Both the position numbers and the translations under genes were made by a program. A stretch of 62,178 nucleotides of DNA, filler included, from Choristocarpus tenellus KU-1152 (lineage: Eukaryota; Protista; Phaeophyceae): NCBI GenBank assembly GCA_964200185.2. It is 10 parts of 10 records of this genome, joined end to end, with 100 filler letters (N's around TTAATTAATTAA, not from the genome) between each part and the next. Parts side by side here need not be neighbours in the genome. Positions count along the whole stretch, not along the records: positions 1 to 10,242 come from CAXNAD020003051.1; positions 10,343 to 14,159 come from CAXNAD020017762.1; 8 more parts are not named here. One strand, given 5' to 3'. Numbering within the stretch: the first letter of the stretch is position 1; each line of letters begins with the position of its first letter. Positions 1-13,733 of this stretch are shown in pieces. The notes under the pieces are model-generated. The model searched no databases and was not told the DNA's origin. It saw nothing but the letters and a program-made list of their open reading frames with translations.

Positions 1-202
1 GAGAAAAGGGTGAAAAAAAATGGAAGGGAGGGGGGGGGGGAATTTTGGGGGGGGGGGGGGGGGAGGAGGAAATGTATACCCTACCTAGTGACTGGATGTG
101 GTGTGTAATAAACCGTTTGGCTGCGTAAACACGCTACATGCTGTTGGTGAATACATATCTATCACCTGTTTTTGGCATCATGTCCACTAGAGCTCTGCCC
201 AT

Positions 203-460
203 CGCAACCTTTATCATTGTTGTGATTGTAGGATCAAGATTGAAATTACAATCACACAACCTTTATCACTGTTTTGATTGTATGGTCACGATTGCGATTA
301 CAATCACAGCCTTTATCACTGCTGTGATTGTATGGTCAAGATTGCAATATACAATCACAACCTTTATCACTGCTGTGATTGTAGGATCAAGATTGCGATT
401 ACAATCACAACCTTTATCACTGCTGTGATTGTATGATCAAGATTGCAATTACAATCGCAA
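203..460. repeat. Minisatellite, ~5 copies of a ~50-bp unit with an internal inverted repeat
   Basis: Unit CCTTTATCACTGCTGTGATTGTA(GGATCAAGATTGCGAT)TACAATCACAA recurs at about 208, 259, 310, 361 and 411. TGTGATTGTA/TACAATCACA are complementary. Confidence 0.9.
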
Positions 461-1041
461 TTATGATATATTATGATCAATTTAACAGTTATTATTAGTT
501 CCCATAATGTATACACTTCTTATCACTGTTATCATTTATCATCACGACTATATGTGTTATCACCAATATTATGATCAACATTGCGGTCATTGTCTATTGC
601 TCTATTATCATTGCTGATACGGTGTTTAGTTCTAACATTTAAAAAACAGAAGCATAGTAGCCGGACAGGCTGCCAACCAGTCTAGAAGTTTCCTGTTCTC
701 CACCGGATTGGAAATTGGCATCTAGCGAAGCGGTATGACGCTATGTAGTTACCACCAAATGGTACAAGAATTTGTACGTATATTTCCAATGGTTTTCTCT
801 TAGTCATAGTCATGCTGAATCGCCAACTAAACTGAAACGGTACCATTAAAAAACTGATTAGTGTAGTAGCGTTAATTGCCTGTTATAGATATATATCATC
901 CTAGCTACCTGTTTCCCCTCATACGGTTAGGGTCCTAATTCCAATCTATAAACTCAACCTAATTCAACCCCCATGACTACTGCTACAAAACTATTGTATC
1001 TCCTGCTAAGAACTCCTTAGCAACAACAGAGCATATGCACC

Positions 1042-1106
1042 TACATACATACATACATACATACATACATACATACATACATACATACATACATACATAC
1101 ATACAT
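1042..1106. repeat. (TACA)n microsatellite
   Basis: Direct read of about 16 tetranucleotide units. Confidence 0.95.
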
Positions 1107-2464
1107 AGAAAAAGATAGAATCACAAAAGAAGCTTCTATTCCATTGCTGAAAGATTTACCACATTAGACTAACAGGTTTATGTAAAAGGCTGAGGGGGTA
1201 ATATAGAGTCAACAAAAGAAGGTTTTTATCTAGTGCTTCTAAAAGAGTCAAATTCTCTCACAGACAATAAGCCTTACACAAACCAGAACCAAAGACCCTA
1301 CCGACGTCCCACCCAACCGATTTCCTAAACCAGAATAATTTCAAACATTTAACCGGCTCTCATAGTCGTAAGTGTCTAGGTTTGTTGCTACCTATTGTAT
1401 ACTGACATATATTAAAACCCGAAGTCCTACCCATCCAACTTCATATCCAAGCCCTTACTGTGTAGGGGGTTTTTTCAAAACAATTCAGCGTGCCATGATT
1501 TTCACAACCCAAGTGTGATTTTAGTCATCACTATAGGGCCTAGTTGTTTATATGTTACACCGAAAATTCCCCTCCGCCTAATAAGTAGCAGGGGATCATT
1601 CCCACATTTGTTTCCAGCACTTGTTAACATACCCATCGGATGGAGACAGCCTGGGCAACAGTTGTGGGTGATCTAATACCCCTCTGGTAGGAAAAAAATG
1701 AAATTTACAACCTTGGCTGCATGTCTGTTAGAAGACATAAACAAAGTGAATGAGGTTGTTGAAGATTGGCGAGATTTGTAGATATGCTCCTATTGTGGTG
1801 GTGCATCGTGAGGCCATCCCATTGGTATATATGTTATATTGCTGATGTAAGGATATTATTGTGGAAAAACCTCCTTTTTATCTTCTTCGCCTCCTTCCTC
1901 TTCTTCTTTTTCATATGATTGTGAGGGTAGTTATGATTTTGATTATTTTTTTATTGTTGATTGTTGATTATGATGATTACGGTTATGATTCTTGTTATTA
2001 CTATTATTACTACTACTAAATCAATATGACATTTACAATGTGTCTACATGAACTAATTGCCCCTCTCGATTCTCTTGTCAAGTATTATCAGCCAATACGC
2101 ACCAACTTACTTCAGTAGTAAGTAATCATCCAATCACCCAATCAAAAACTCAATAAATCCCCTTGACTACCGCTACCTCAAACAAACCCGTAACCCTTCT
2201 ACATATGATTTAAAACCCATCTTTGAGCCTAACCCTCATCCAAACCCTAACTCAAATGTATACAACTTCCAGTGTTAGGAATCCTGCTGCTATTAATAGC
2301 GTGCATATACTACAAAGTCTGGTGCAGTAGCAACTGCCATTTACAACATACAACCACCTAATCTAGCCCTAACCCTAACCCTATGTTGATATGTGCGAAA
2401 TAGAAAAAGAAGGAAGAAACGCCTACTTCAAAGAGACAGCACACGTGCGAAACAGCTTCAACAC

Positions 2465-2497
<33 letters not shown>

Positions 2498-2499
<2 letters not shown>

Positions 2500-5400
2500 C
2501 TTTCTCCTCCTCTCCATCAAGACCCTAATTTCATTTGGTCCCAGCACTCTGGTCCTCTCTGCACCACGCTGCCCAGAGCCCTCATCACGTGTTGCTGTAG
2601 CTGCCATGGCCTCCACTGCCGCGGCATGCTGGGCCATGCGCCTTGGGAGGGAAGAGGTGGCGGCCACAAAGGCGGCCCTCTCTTTGACACGTTGTCTGCG
2701 TACCATTGCCTGGTGGGCTTCGATTGTGGCCCAGTCTGGTCCGTTCACTGCCTTCATCTTTTATTTGAAGCATGTTGGGTTAGGGTCGAGGTTGGGTTGG
2801 CGTTGGTGTTGGTGTTGGCGTTGGGGTTAGAATTATGGTTATGATTAGGGTTAGGGCTAGGCTTAGTGTAGTCTTTTCTTGGTGGTTGAAAATGTTAGTG
2901 TAATTTAGTGAATTGTGTTAACATCATTGTTATTACTACTATTATTATCTTATTATGCCCTCTGACATTTATTGTTACTACTATTACTGTTGTTTTGGAG
3001 ACATAATATAGGCATGAAATGAGGGAACTAAAATCCGTATGTATGACGGTCTAGCTTGCCTACCTAGTATAGTACTTGTCTAATAACGCCCCACCCTGTT
3101 ACCCATATCACAAGAAGGAGTAGCAGATAGTGATGGCAACGACTATTGTCTCGTCTGGTCGTCTACTGAAGTGTCAAACCAATTGAGAGGTAGGCAGGGT
3201 TGCATTTTTGCGATACCGACAAAGGGAAAAAAAATACCCATCTTGTACAATTGCGGAGAGAGCCTTTACTGAATTATGGGGTCACTTTTGTGTGTGTATG
3301 TGTGTGTATGTGTAAATGGGGAATATCAATTTTGCGTACACTATTGTGTACAAGAAATAATAAAATAGAGCATAATTGCACAGGGTGAGAAATATGCCTT
3401 AGAATGCAAACACGATCCAAACCTGCCTACCTCTTCAAGTAGTTTGACTCAAGTGCGAACTCCTAATCCCTATTGTCTGATCATAGCATGCAGGCATCTC
3501 AATCAGTGCACTTGTTGCTTTTCACATCTTGCCTTCATATTTCCCCCCAAACTACATACAACCTGAAATTTTTTCCATTCTATATACTATGCTTGTTCAC
3601 ACTGACTCAAGGTAAGCGTGAGGGTACCCAGGTTTTGATCGTTTTTTCATTTTAAACCATTTTTTTTTGCTTTATGCAATTCACCCATGTTTCTATGGGT
3701 GAGGTGCTAAGTTTGAATTTGAAAGCATTGATCTCTCTATCATTTGAAACGTTTAAACAGAATTCAGAATAGATCCTGCACATGCATTTGGAATAAATAA
3801 AAAAGACCCAAATTTTGGATACGTTTGTCACCGTCCTTAAAATGCAACTCTGTGTAAGTCTCTCTAAGTTGTTAACACATCTTCATATTGTATTCCTTAC
3901 TGTTGTTCATGTGACAAGAGGTACCCCCAGAGTTGCATTTTAAGAATGCCAGCAAATATGTGCAAAACTCATATTTTCTTTGTTTTCAAATGTGTATATA
4001 TAGTATATATATATGGATACGTACTTTTCCGAATTGTGTTGAAATTTTTCAAAGAACAGATAGAAGTCAACCCTCTCAAGTCAAAACCAACTTTGTCCTT
4101 CACCCCATAGATACATGGTTGAATTGCGAAAGATCAAAAAACCGGTCTTAGAATGTAAATTGGATGAACACTAATTTTCTCTTGTGTACTTCAACTCACT
4201 GGAGATATATATATACATACATACACATTTCAAGGCAAAGTGCAACATTGGATCGTATTGTAGACCTCTTCTTGTATGTTTGCTTGGGGTAAGATAGAGT
4301 GCTTGCAGAGGGCAAAACCAACAGTTACTTTTGCAGCTACATTTACAGTTACATTTACATTTACAGGTACAGTAACAGTTACAGTAACAGTTGCAGGTAC
4401 ATATAAATTTACATTTACAGTTACAGCTACCAACTGAGAGTCATCGCTTGCGAAGAGGAAGAAACTTTGGGTTAGTGATGAGTGAATGAATCGCTCTATC
4501 GAAAGTGCATACTATTTCCTGTAGTTGCCGATCTTAGGAAGCAATACAATCTTATGAAGTATGGACACATGTAGAAGGGGAGTGTGTGTACACTATTACG
4601 AACGGTAGATAACCACTCCGCATGCTGATGTAAAGCAGGGGTTTGCAAGGAAAAGAGTAACCGTGACCAAGTATCCAATTGTGCCCTTCTCATTTGTGGG
4701 AGTCCTATCTACTCCTGAGGATTTTCACCGGGGATGTGTAACGCAGGGGAGGATGAAGAGTAGGGGGTCTCCAATGAACGAGTAGAGGAAGTTGGGGGGG
4801 AGAACGAAAAAAAAAGAAAGCAGTACTAAAAAAAAACAAGCAATCTTCTTCTATCCCAACCGATTAAGAGAAAAAAAAGACTACACCTTACCTTTGACTT
4901 ACCAACAGACATACACTTACTTAAATGCCAGGCCGTCCCACCTTCACAGCGCAATAAAATTAGTTCCTCTGAACCCACTCTACCCCTCAGAAGGAAAAGA
5001 AGAAAAAAAAAGGCCAGATAGAGTGAGGGTCGCAGACTGTCAACGAACTATCTGCACACCGTCATGTTTGGCAAGGAAGGGAATGGAAGCGAAGCAAAGG
5101 GAAGGGAAGAGAAGGGGAGGGGGGGCACAAAGGGGGTACACCTCCGTAGCGCAAAACGACGTGGATAACCTCGCGATCTCTTCCTCCTCTTCCTTTGCCC
5201 TAGCCTCAGCCCTGGCTGAGCGCCGCTCGGCCGCCACCCGCTCCCGCTTCAGCAGCCTCTCTGGTCCCCACTCCAGCAGTGCCCTACTCAAGCCGTCCTT
5301 GCGCCGGTGCTCCTGTTCCTCCTCCTCCTCCTGCCGTTGTTTTTTTGCCGCCTTGTCCTCCAGGTACCGCTTCTTTGCAGATTGCAGGCTGCGGTCAGCG

Positions 5401-7134
5401 ATGGTTGAAGGTCCTGGTGTGACTGCCCCTCCTTCAAGTCCACTCATCGCTGTCGGAACAACTCTTTTTCCCCTGCCTGCCACGCCAGCTCCTCTGTTGC
5501 TATTCTCACCATCGCTTCTACCTGGCCGCGCCTCGTCATTGTTCCCCCGCCATCCAGAATATCGGGGCATTCCATGCCTGCATGGGCTCGTAGAGCTGAG
5601 TGGGTTAAGGGGTGAAGTTGATCCAGGTGGGCGTTGAAGCACACCCTCCTCTACCGCAACCAGTGGTGCATCTGTTTTTCCGGACAACTCGGCTCTTTCG
5701 CTTCCTGTACTAGGAAAGCACTCAATACCACTACCCATGATGTCAATAATGCATCCTTTTTCGGACAATGCTGGTGGCGCTGCTGCATGTCCTAATCGGA
5801 CCTCATTGCCTGCCATTTGCGTTCTTGAGTCTGAGCAGTTCATAGCAGTGGCTGAGGAAGGAAGGGAAAGGGCGGGCGTATCTTGGCCATTGAACTCATC
5901 CTTCTTGGCATTGACCCTCCGTAGTGCAACCTGCAACCATCCATCCATTGATGCCACAGCATAAGGACGAGCAAGGCAGCAGGAGCGAGGGTAAGATGCG
6001 TCAATGAGATTATCACGTTGAATCAAGGCATTGCATGAACATTTCCTCTGTTTGTCTGTCCTATTTTCACCCTTCAAGATTTAAATGGTGTTTGTTGTCC
6101 CTCTCCATCCCCACTTCTTCCTCACCCTTTAGTTTACACCAGGTCAGTGCAACCTACTCAACACTTAGTTTCTGCTCACCTCAAGTGCTCGTGATCTCTC
6201 TTGAGCTCTCTTTGCCTGCCGCTCAGCTCGTTCCTTTTCTTTTGCAAGAGCATTAATCACCTCTAGATTCCTACTTTGCGATTGCGCCAGTCTTTCTACC
6301 TGTTGAAACTCCTTATGATCTAGCATGCCTTCCTTGAGGCGAGAGTTCTCTCTTGCAAGCTGCCTGACACGGCACTCAAGCGACTCGATTCTGGAATGCA
6401 TCTTTTTCCCTCCCTGATCTTTTCCATCACTTGAGGGTCGTGTCCAGGAGCAAGAGGAGGTAACCCTTTGCATGGGGAAAGTGGGACTAGCAGCGTCCAG
6501 ATTGCCGTAGGTCGAATGTGTTGACGCCAGATGGTCTTCGACGTTGGTTGTGACCCCAACGAATGTTTGACGTTGTGGCGAGAGGGATAAGGATCGCTTG
6601 ATTGGCCTTGAAGTAGGAGCAGAGGACGGACGGTGATGACCAACGGTGTGAGGAGATCGAGGTACCGCCATCGTCCGAAAAAAGGTCTGTGTCTTTGGGT
6701 CGCCATCCCAAATGAGGCAGTGTTGGTGTGTGTCTATGGTATCCGGCTCGAGGTCCCGCATTTCACCAGGTGGATTCTCCTTCAAACCAGTTGCCACACT
6801 GGTATCTGCCCTGTTGGGTAGGAAGAGTCTTGCCGATGGAGCGTTTGGACAGCCCGAAGCCTAATTCACACGAATGAAGGAACATGGAACGTCAAGATGC
6901 AGTCCGTCTCAAAGCCCCTCTCTGATGAGTGACGACCCATTTCAGGAACAACAGTTACTTCCTTGTGTTCCTCGCTCAACTGCTCACCTTGGGATGTTGA
7001 ACATCGTTAGTCAAGAGCAAAGATGAGATCTCTCTCCTACAATCATTCACAGGAGACCGGTCGGAGTCTGTCTTGACTTTGTCTCCAACTGCAGAATCCT
7101 TCATATTTCGATAGATAACCTTGCTCCCGTTCAT
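2498..7134 (-). CDS. Spliced coiled-coil protein, FAM161/UPF0564-like (cilium/centriole); 3' part not resolved
   Basis: GT-AG exons 7134-6988, 6860-6180, 5930-5142 and 2757-2498 join in phase 0 (..QHPK|ASGC.., ..RALE|VALRR.., ..FCATE|MKAVNGPDW..). The segment 'F-x-A...RRQRVKERAAFVAATSSLPRRM' resembles the FAM161 conserved region as I recall it (not searched). Start codon uncertain. Confidence 0.6.
3620..4192. mobile_element. Two degenerate MITE family C copies in opposite orientation
   Basis: GAGGTACCCCCAGAGTTGCATTTTAAG at 3918 and its reverse complement at ~3835-3852. The same terminal and internal sequence occurs at 57528; the internal part also at 41214. Confidence 0.55.
4320..4428. repeat. 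Degenerate hexamer repeat (ACAGTT/ACATTT/ACAGTA)n
   Basis: Direct read. Confidence 0.8.
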
Positions 7135-7585
7135 GATTTCCGACACAGTTTTCTTCGTCCAATGGGAGATTCTCACCTTCAACATCTCATTCCTAAGGGT
7201 CTAAACTCACTACGCCCCTTATCCAAGTTCATCGAACCTCCAACCAATTTTTCAAGCCTAAAATTACTTTTCTATTTGAAAGAGAAGTATTGTTATTCGA
7301 GGAAGGGTAAAAACAATAGGTCATTGTTAAGAAATGAAGTGTCGCTGAAAATTTGTTGGGGGCATACTTCTTGCACAGAAGGATTATTTGAAACCGCAAT
7401 TCTGGAGGAACGCCTCCGATGATGTAAAATTGCCCCTGGATACTCTGGGCGATGTGACTCGTCACAGATTGGTGATCCAACCGCATCTATTTTATAGTAT
7501 TGTAACCTTTTCTCACACAACCCCCCAAACCGACATTCCTTCACTTGTGGCTAAGAAGTCCACATCGAACGTAACTTTGAGAATC

Positions 7586-8792
7586 ATGTCGGCGCTGCGC
7601 CACATGGCTCTCCTGTCGTCCTTATGGATATTGGGGACTCTCCTTTCGCTCACATCCCCTGTAGATGGACACATGAATTCCCGCATGACCAACCTTGACT
7701 TAGCCGAACGTCGACGCCTGGAGGAGGGGTCGGGCTCATCTTCAAGTAATAACGAGTCTGTCAATGCCAAGTGGCAGTGCGAACCTGATCCCGAACAGGT
7801 GAATACAGGTTGTCTCCCAGTTTCATTGACCTGGAGATAAGACTCTTCAGATCCCCCAGTGAATAAGATTTTTGCAGATATCAACCCCGCACAAAGTATG
7901 TAATGACTAATCTATGCTCCTTTCACATCTTTTTTGTTTTAGTGTGACGAGCTGGGCAGTCTCGTGCGTTGCACAATGAATACGCACCTATCCTCCTTCC
8001 ATCCCCCTCTGTGTTGCCTGTACGTGTGATACGTGCCATCCCTCCACACTGGCCCCCTCTGCCGTAACCCGTTGCTTTCCATGCAGAACATGCTCGAATT
8101 CAATAAGTATCATCTACGCGGTGTGAACCTTGGATCGTGGTTGGTTCTTGAGCCTTGGATTACACCATCCCTCTTCTTCCAATTCCTTGGAAAGGTGAGT
8201 ACCGTCGTCATATTTCGTGACCTGACAAACGTAAGGGGCGCGGGGGAAAAAAATGGAGGGGCTGTGAGACAGAGGTCTTAGGCAAGGTTGAGGGAGAGAA
8301 GAATGAGAAAATTAAGAAGAGGTAGCCCCAGTCGACCTCTCAGTCTGAGGCCAATGTAAAGCCTCTTGCTGGTTTTGGGGGTTCGTACCTCAACGGGTAT
8401 GAGGGCTTGTCCAGGTAAACCCGTGGGGATAATACTCAACAAGAGATCAATATCAAACTTCCTTACCCCCCGTTTCGGGTGATCTGTCTATCTTGTCCGT
8501 GAGATAAGAAGTGTGTGGTAAGTACAACAGGTGAAAAAAATAAAAAAATGTGTAATTTTTGTTGACAAAGACTTCTCAAACTTGCGATTGGAGTATTGAA
8601 TGCGAATGGATCAACTATCTCCTAGTCTCTAACATTCGACTTCTTTTATATCAGCTTCTTCAAGCCTCACCCGAGCTCTCTCCAACCTCGCACTTCTTCC
8701 TTACCCTTCAGAATGTAGAGGGTATCGGCAAGGGAAAGGAACAGATAGGAATGGACATGTACAGCTTCTGCTCTGCTCTAGGCCCAAAGGAG
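7586..8792 (+). CDS. Glycoside hydrolase family 5 exo-beta-1,3-glucanase-like, 5' exons with signal peptide
   Basis: Exons 7586-7798, 8087-8194 and 8712-8792 are all phase 0 with GT-AG. Hallmark motif RGVNLGSWLVLEPWITPSLF followed by DMYSFCSALG; hydrophobic N-terminus. The rest of the gene is not found on this contig. Confidence 0.88.
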
Positions 8793-10242
8793 GTGAGGAA
8801 GACCCATGAAAAAAAAAGTTTTTTTTAACCTGTCACGATATCTACGTATACAGAGCTCTAGAAGCCTCAAATCGTTCACTGACTACGTCTACTTCTGTGC
8901 TGGAGTAAGGTGTACCCCCAAACCGCCTTCAACTTTTCCCTCCAGAGCAACATGTAGGGGCTCTCATACCTTGGCAGTCATTGCCCAATCAAACATGTGA
9001 AGTGCTGCAAAAACAGTAGGCCTCATTGATTTGGAGGACATCATGGCATCTTCCAGGTAGTCCGGCTCTCATGTGTACCATGGGGGGGAAGGAGTTGTTT
9101 GAGCAGTGTTTGTCCATGTGTTGGGATTGCTCCGCAGTGGGCTGTTGTGATGATGCTAAGGTGTGTTTGTTGCCCGTTGTGTAGATGTTTGTTCTGCGCT
9201 TGGATTCATGCCTTCTGACTACTAGTTTCATTTTTGTCTTGGGTGTCCGATAGGGTTAGGTCTCTCTCTAAGTAGAAGGTCCAATGATTAAATTTAGAAA
9301 AATGCCCTTCGTTGTTGTGATGTGCGAGTGATTCTACAACGGGGATACATAAAGGCATGCATATCACCCGTAGAATCTCTGGTGTGTGGTGTGACAAATG
9401 CCTGAAGAGCACTTTCAATTCTCAGGTTGTGGTGTGGCACATGTCAACCCTATTATCACAGGCAATGAGAGCGCATGGCATTAGTGCCATACTTTTTACC
9501 AAGTAAAGAGTTCGGTATGAAGAATTCATGAAAAGTTGTTGTGGCACCTCAGGGACTCACAAAAGTTAGGGTTAGGGTTAGGGTTGAGTATGTACGTCAT
9601 TGTTCCATGATGTCATGTCTTCCTCGGAATTTTTTCGGGGGGGAGCATATTTGTGGTTGAAGTAATGGTGCCATGTATTCAAACCCGTGTAGTGCTACTC
9701 TGTTGTAGTCGGTGAACATTATATGTTAAATTTTATAACATTGAGAAGGCGTGTTATTTTTTCTTTTATGTCTCTGCACATGCGACGTTGGATGATTCCC
9801 ATCTTACAGAGAGTATTGTCGGGTGTTTTCTCCTGCACCCCTCCTCTGTGTGGCAGGTGGTACATTGACAGCAATATATCTAACCAACACTAGTTTGAAT
9901 GTATTTCATGTGAGGAGGCGGTGGCTGGCTGGCTCTTTTTCCCCCTGGCTTCTCTCGACAGGGTACCCATCCCATATCCCAACAAGATAACCCTTTTTGA
10001 AGAAATGTGTTGGACACTGCCAGTCACGATAGTGGGTGTTTCGCATGTTACGCCTATGATGCACCCATCGATCGCAGTCCATCCCCTTCATCCTCATCAT
10101 CCTCATCCTCTTCATCCTCCTCATCCTCCTTGAGGCACCTGTTGGCCGTGCTGTGTGTTGCATTCATATTTCGACCCCCTCTCACGGGGGGGTAATAATG
10201 TCATCATGTGTAACTTCTGGTGAACCCCCCCCCCCCTTCCCC

Positions 10243-10342
10243 NNNNNNNNNNNNNNNNNNNNNNNNNNNNNNNNNNNNNNNNNNNNTTAATTAATTAANN
10301 NNNNNNNNNNNNNNNNNNNNNNNNNNNNNNNNNNNNNNNNNN
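10243..10342. other. Artificial contig spacer N44-TTAATTAATTAA-N44
   Basis: An identical 100-nt block, with stops in all six frames, occurs 9 times: also 14160-14259, 16793-16892, 22921-23020, 25818-25917, 29777-29876, 34290-34389, 44243-44342 and 59356-59455. Confidence 0.98.
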
Positions 10343-10578
10343 AGAACTTGTTTTTTTTTTGTTGCTATGATATACATACACATATACATATATATATATT
10401 ATGTGTGGGAAGCCCGTTGGGTGCATTGGATGGGTTGGACACTGATTTGGCTCTTTCCTTGAGCGTGTTCTTTGCCTGATCTTCTCCTCTTCCCCTGGAC
10501 TTTGGTTGTGTCTGTGCATGTGTGATTTCTAGCTTGTTTTGGCTGATTTTTTTTCTTGTGAAAGATGGAAACATTTTT

Positions 10579-10610
10579 TTAGGGTTAGGGTTAGGGTTAG
10601 GGTTAGGGTT
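10579..10610. repeat. Interstitial (TTAGGG)n telomere-like tract
   Basis: Direct read. Further tracts at ~2357-2383, 2844-2858, 9564-9585, 10795-10828, 11298-11313, 23858-23884 and 36209-36227. Confidence 0.9.
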
Positions 10611-12179
10611 GAATAAGTAATTGACATCTGACCTGATTGAGCAGTTGTGTGTCTAGCCAGTCCACTGTGTTGCCTTGAATGCCTGCCTTGAGGAGGTGCG
10701 CTCACGAGGCTGTTCTGTGTAGATTATTCCACTGAATAGTAGTCCAACACAGAAGATTGTCATTTTTTATCCTGTAGAGTATGTGTTTGTACGTAGGGTT
10801 TAGGGTTGGGGTTAGGGTTAGGGTTAGGGAAGATTGGCACGCTTTATCCTGTAGAGTATGTATGTGTGTGTCATGGTGATGTGAATCAAGGAGAAGTGAG
10901 GTGTTAAGGATGAGAAATTTTGGAGAAGATTCTGTGGGGTTTTTTTTCTCCTAGAGGTGATCCGTTCCCGTCTCTGATGGTGTTGCTAGGCTTGATTTTT
11001 TTTAATCAATACTCCACAGAAAGGACCAGTAGCAATAGTGCTGTGAATCTTGACCTCAAATTGTTTGTGTTTGTGTTTGTGTGCTTGTTATCTCACTGCA
11101 TTTGTGTGTGGTGTGTGTGGTTATCCATGGTATTGGATGGCGTGTGCCTGAGTCAAGCAGCCGAGGTTCTCGAGGGCAACTCTTGCCCTGCAGTCCACAT
11201 CCCATGACCTTTCAAGCAAAAGACATGACCTTCTTTGGGTAAGGTGGTCGTTTCCTGGATTTGGTTCTTTTTTTCTTTTTTTTCTAACCCTATGTAGAGT
11301 TAGGGTTAGGGTTGCAACCATCTCTTTCCTCTCTATGTGTGTATGTGTTTGTTGTACCTGTCCTTACATGGGGTCGTGTTCTAACCTTTAAGAATAAAAT
11401 ATATTTTAGAGGTGACTCTTTGTGAAGACCAACGACTTGCAGCAGGTTGTGGCCAGTGCCGATCAAGTCACGCTATTCAAATGAAAACGTTTTTGATGTG
11501 CATTGTCTCCTCACCGCCGCTTCACACTATTTTTGTTTTTACCTGTTCGATTATTTTTTTTCAATTTTGATAGGAGGTCCTCAAGTACAAATGTGTCACT
11601 GTAGGAGAGTAAATAGTGATCTATATATATATATATGTAACAATGAACCAAAATGGACCCTAAAAAAGTTCCTTTTCGAAACTTACAAAAAATGTGCGTT
11701 TTTTATTTTTTTACGTATTTATTTTTATTTTCATTTCTGGGTTATCCTTGTAATATAGCCTTGCATATTCCTCTCTCTCTCTCTCTCTCATTGGTAAACC
11801 TGTTTTTGATAGTATCCTGGGAAGAAGTTCCGTTGAGTAGAACCATTTTTTGTCCCCGTTGTCCCGATTGCTGTTGGACTTTGGGTTGGATTTGTGAGGA
11901 GCATCGCCCCTTGCCTTCTCTTTGTTAGTGGTTCGTGTGGAGGTGGGGTTGTGTAGTGTTCCAGTTGGCGTATTCCAGTTGGTGTTTGTTGGTCCGTTCC
12001 CCCCAAGAGAGCAAGCAGGGAAGGAGACGGGTGCTGAATGATTTTGATGTTGTTGATGATAATCATCACGGATGAGCCGTTTGATGATGCTTACTACTTG
12101 GATGTGTTGTTAGTAGGTTGGGTTACTATTGTTGTATGAACTTAGTGTAGGAGTAATCATACTTGGCAGTTGGTGTCAC

Positions 12180-12442
12180 TGTACTGTAATGTAACATGTA
12201 ACATAATGTGTACCTAGTATGTACCATAATGTGTACCGTAATATGTAACATAATGTGTACCTAGTATGTACCTAATATGTAATGTAATATGTACCATAAT
12301 GTGTACCGTAATATGTAACTTAATGCGTACTGTAATATGTAACTTAATGTGTACCTAGTATGTACCATAATGTGTACCACAATATGTAATATAATAAGTA
12401 ATGTAATATGTACTGTAATATGTACCGTAATATGTACCGTAA
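12180..12442. repeat. Minisatellite of ~12-bp units (TAATATGTACCG/TAATGTGTACCA-like)
   Basis: Direct read of about 20 degenerate units. Confidence 0.85.
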
Positions 12443-13701
12443 TGGCAACTGCCACAAGGCGCACTATGCAAACGTTAAACTCACAGTAGAAGCAAAATCG
12501 GAACTAATGCTGTAATGACTGTTCTGTTGCCTTTGGCGTATGTGTATGAAGTGTGTAATAATTATTCTGTAGGATCTCGGAACAATTGTTCTTTGCAATA
12601 TATTGTATTAATGACTACTTTACGTGGTACGGCATGTGCATCAGTGACCCTGCACTAGTACTCATGTTACGGCATCTGAGGCAGGGGCAAGTGAAGTCCG
12701 CTTTTGAGGGGTTGTTTGTTGTATTCCAGCAGGCGTTGGTTGGTGTTATTCCTGTCTCGTTCTTGTTCTTTTCCCAACTAAACATTGAAATGTGTAACAA
12801 TTGTAGGTTCAGCTCAGGAGAGGAGGGGGTTGGGGAAGGGCGGGAGGAAGGCAAGGATGTGAGTTGTCCCTTCATTGCCATGAGAGCATCGTCCACACAC
12901 ACTGCATTAAGGTCGTTATCAACCCACTACGACCCCTCCAATGAAGGTGTGTGCTTACTTACCTGCAGCAAGGGGCATGACTCTATAAAAACACACACAC
13001 ACATATACACCTACATAGACATATATATATATTATTTAATTTTCATGCACATACATGTGTATATATAACTATAAATATAAATATATGTGTTACATACATG
13101 CATGTAATGTTTACGTATCAATGGGAGGTAACTCTCTATATATTTTTTTCTTACTTCAAATTGAAGTATCTCGATTGATCCTTTTTGTCTGAAACCAGGT
13201 GGGGCGGCAAACTGTGGTGGTGTTGTTGCCTTGAGATACGTAGCGGTGAATGATTTTTTTTTTTTTTCACCTGCTAGTGTGGACCTCAGATTTTTTTTTG
13301 CAAAAAGCGCACGCATTCGAGGGAATATGTTCTTATTTTTTTGAATTTTTGAATTATCCAATCACAGAGCCGGACTGTTACAGGTGACGGTTCAATGTGA
13401 TGGAAAAAATGCCTGTGTGAACTCGGTCTGTGAGAGCCATTCCGTCCAAAACAGGAACATTTTTTTTTTCTCTATTTCTCGGTCATCTGAGCCCCCCTCC
13501 CCCCCCCCTCCCCTTGATGAATTTTTCAGTCTCGAAATGTTACTGTTGGTAGTATGTGGATTGAAACTAAAGAACAATCGGGGTCAAGTGGTCCAGAAGA
13601 TTTTTTTTCTTTTTGGTTGAAGTATCACAAGGCACCATCATCCGCCCAGTGCTTTTGTTATTGTTATTATTATTATTTTTGTTACTATTATTATTGTTTT
13701 A

Positions 13702-13733
<32 letters not shown>

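Noticed and set aside
203-460. CRISPR-like palindromic repeats; 96-aa ORF 138-428
   Set aside because: The inter-stem sequences are homologous to each other rather than unique spacers. The ORF is a by-product of the repeat.
4792-5637. 281-aa plus-strand ORF
   Set aside because: It is the antisense shadow of the minus-strand coiled-coil exon 5142-5930.
10243-10342. Recurrent TTAATTAATTAA motif as a biological element, or gene clustering across it
   Set aside because: It is an artificial linker inside N-runs. Neighbouring contigs need not be adjacent in the genome.
11161-12982. Possible exons in contig 2 (11161-11238 +; 11800-12060 -; 12963-12982 -)
   Set aside because: Splice-like signals are present, but there is no recognisable product or consistent multi-exon model.
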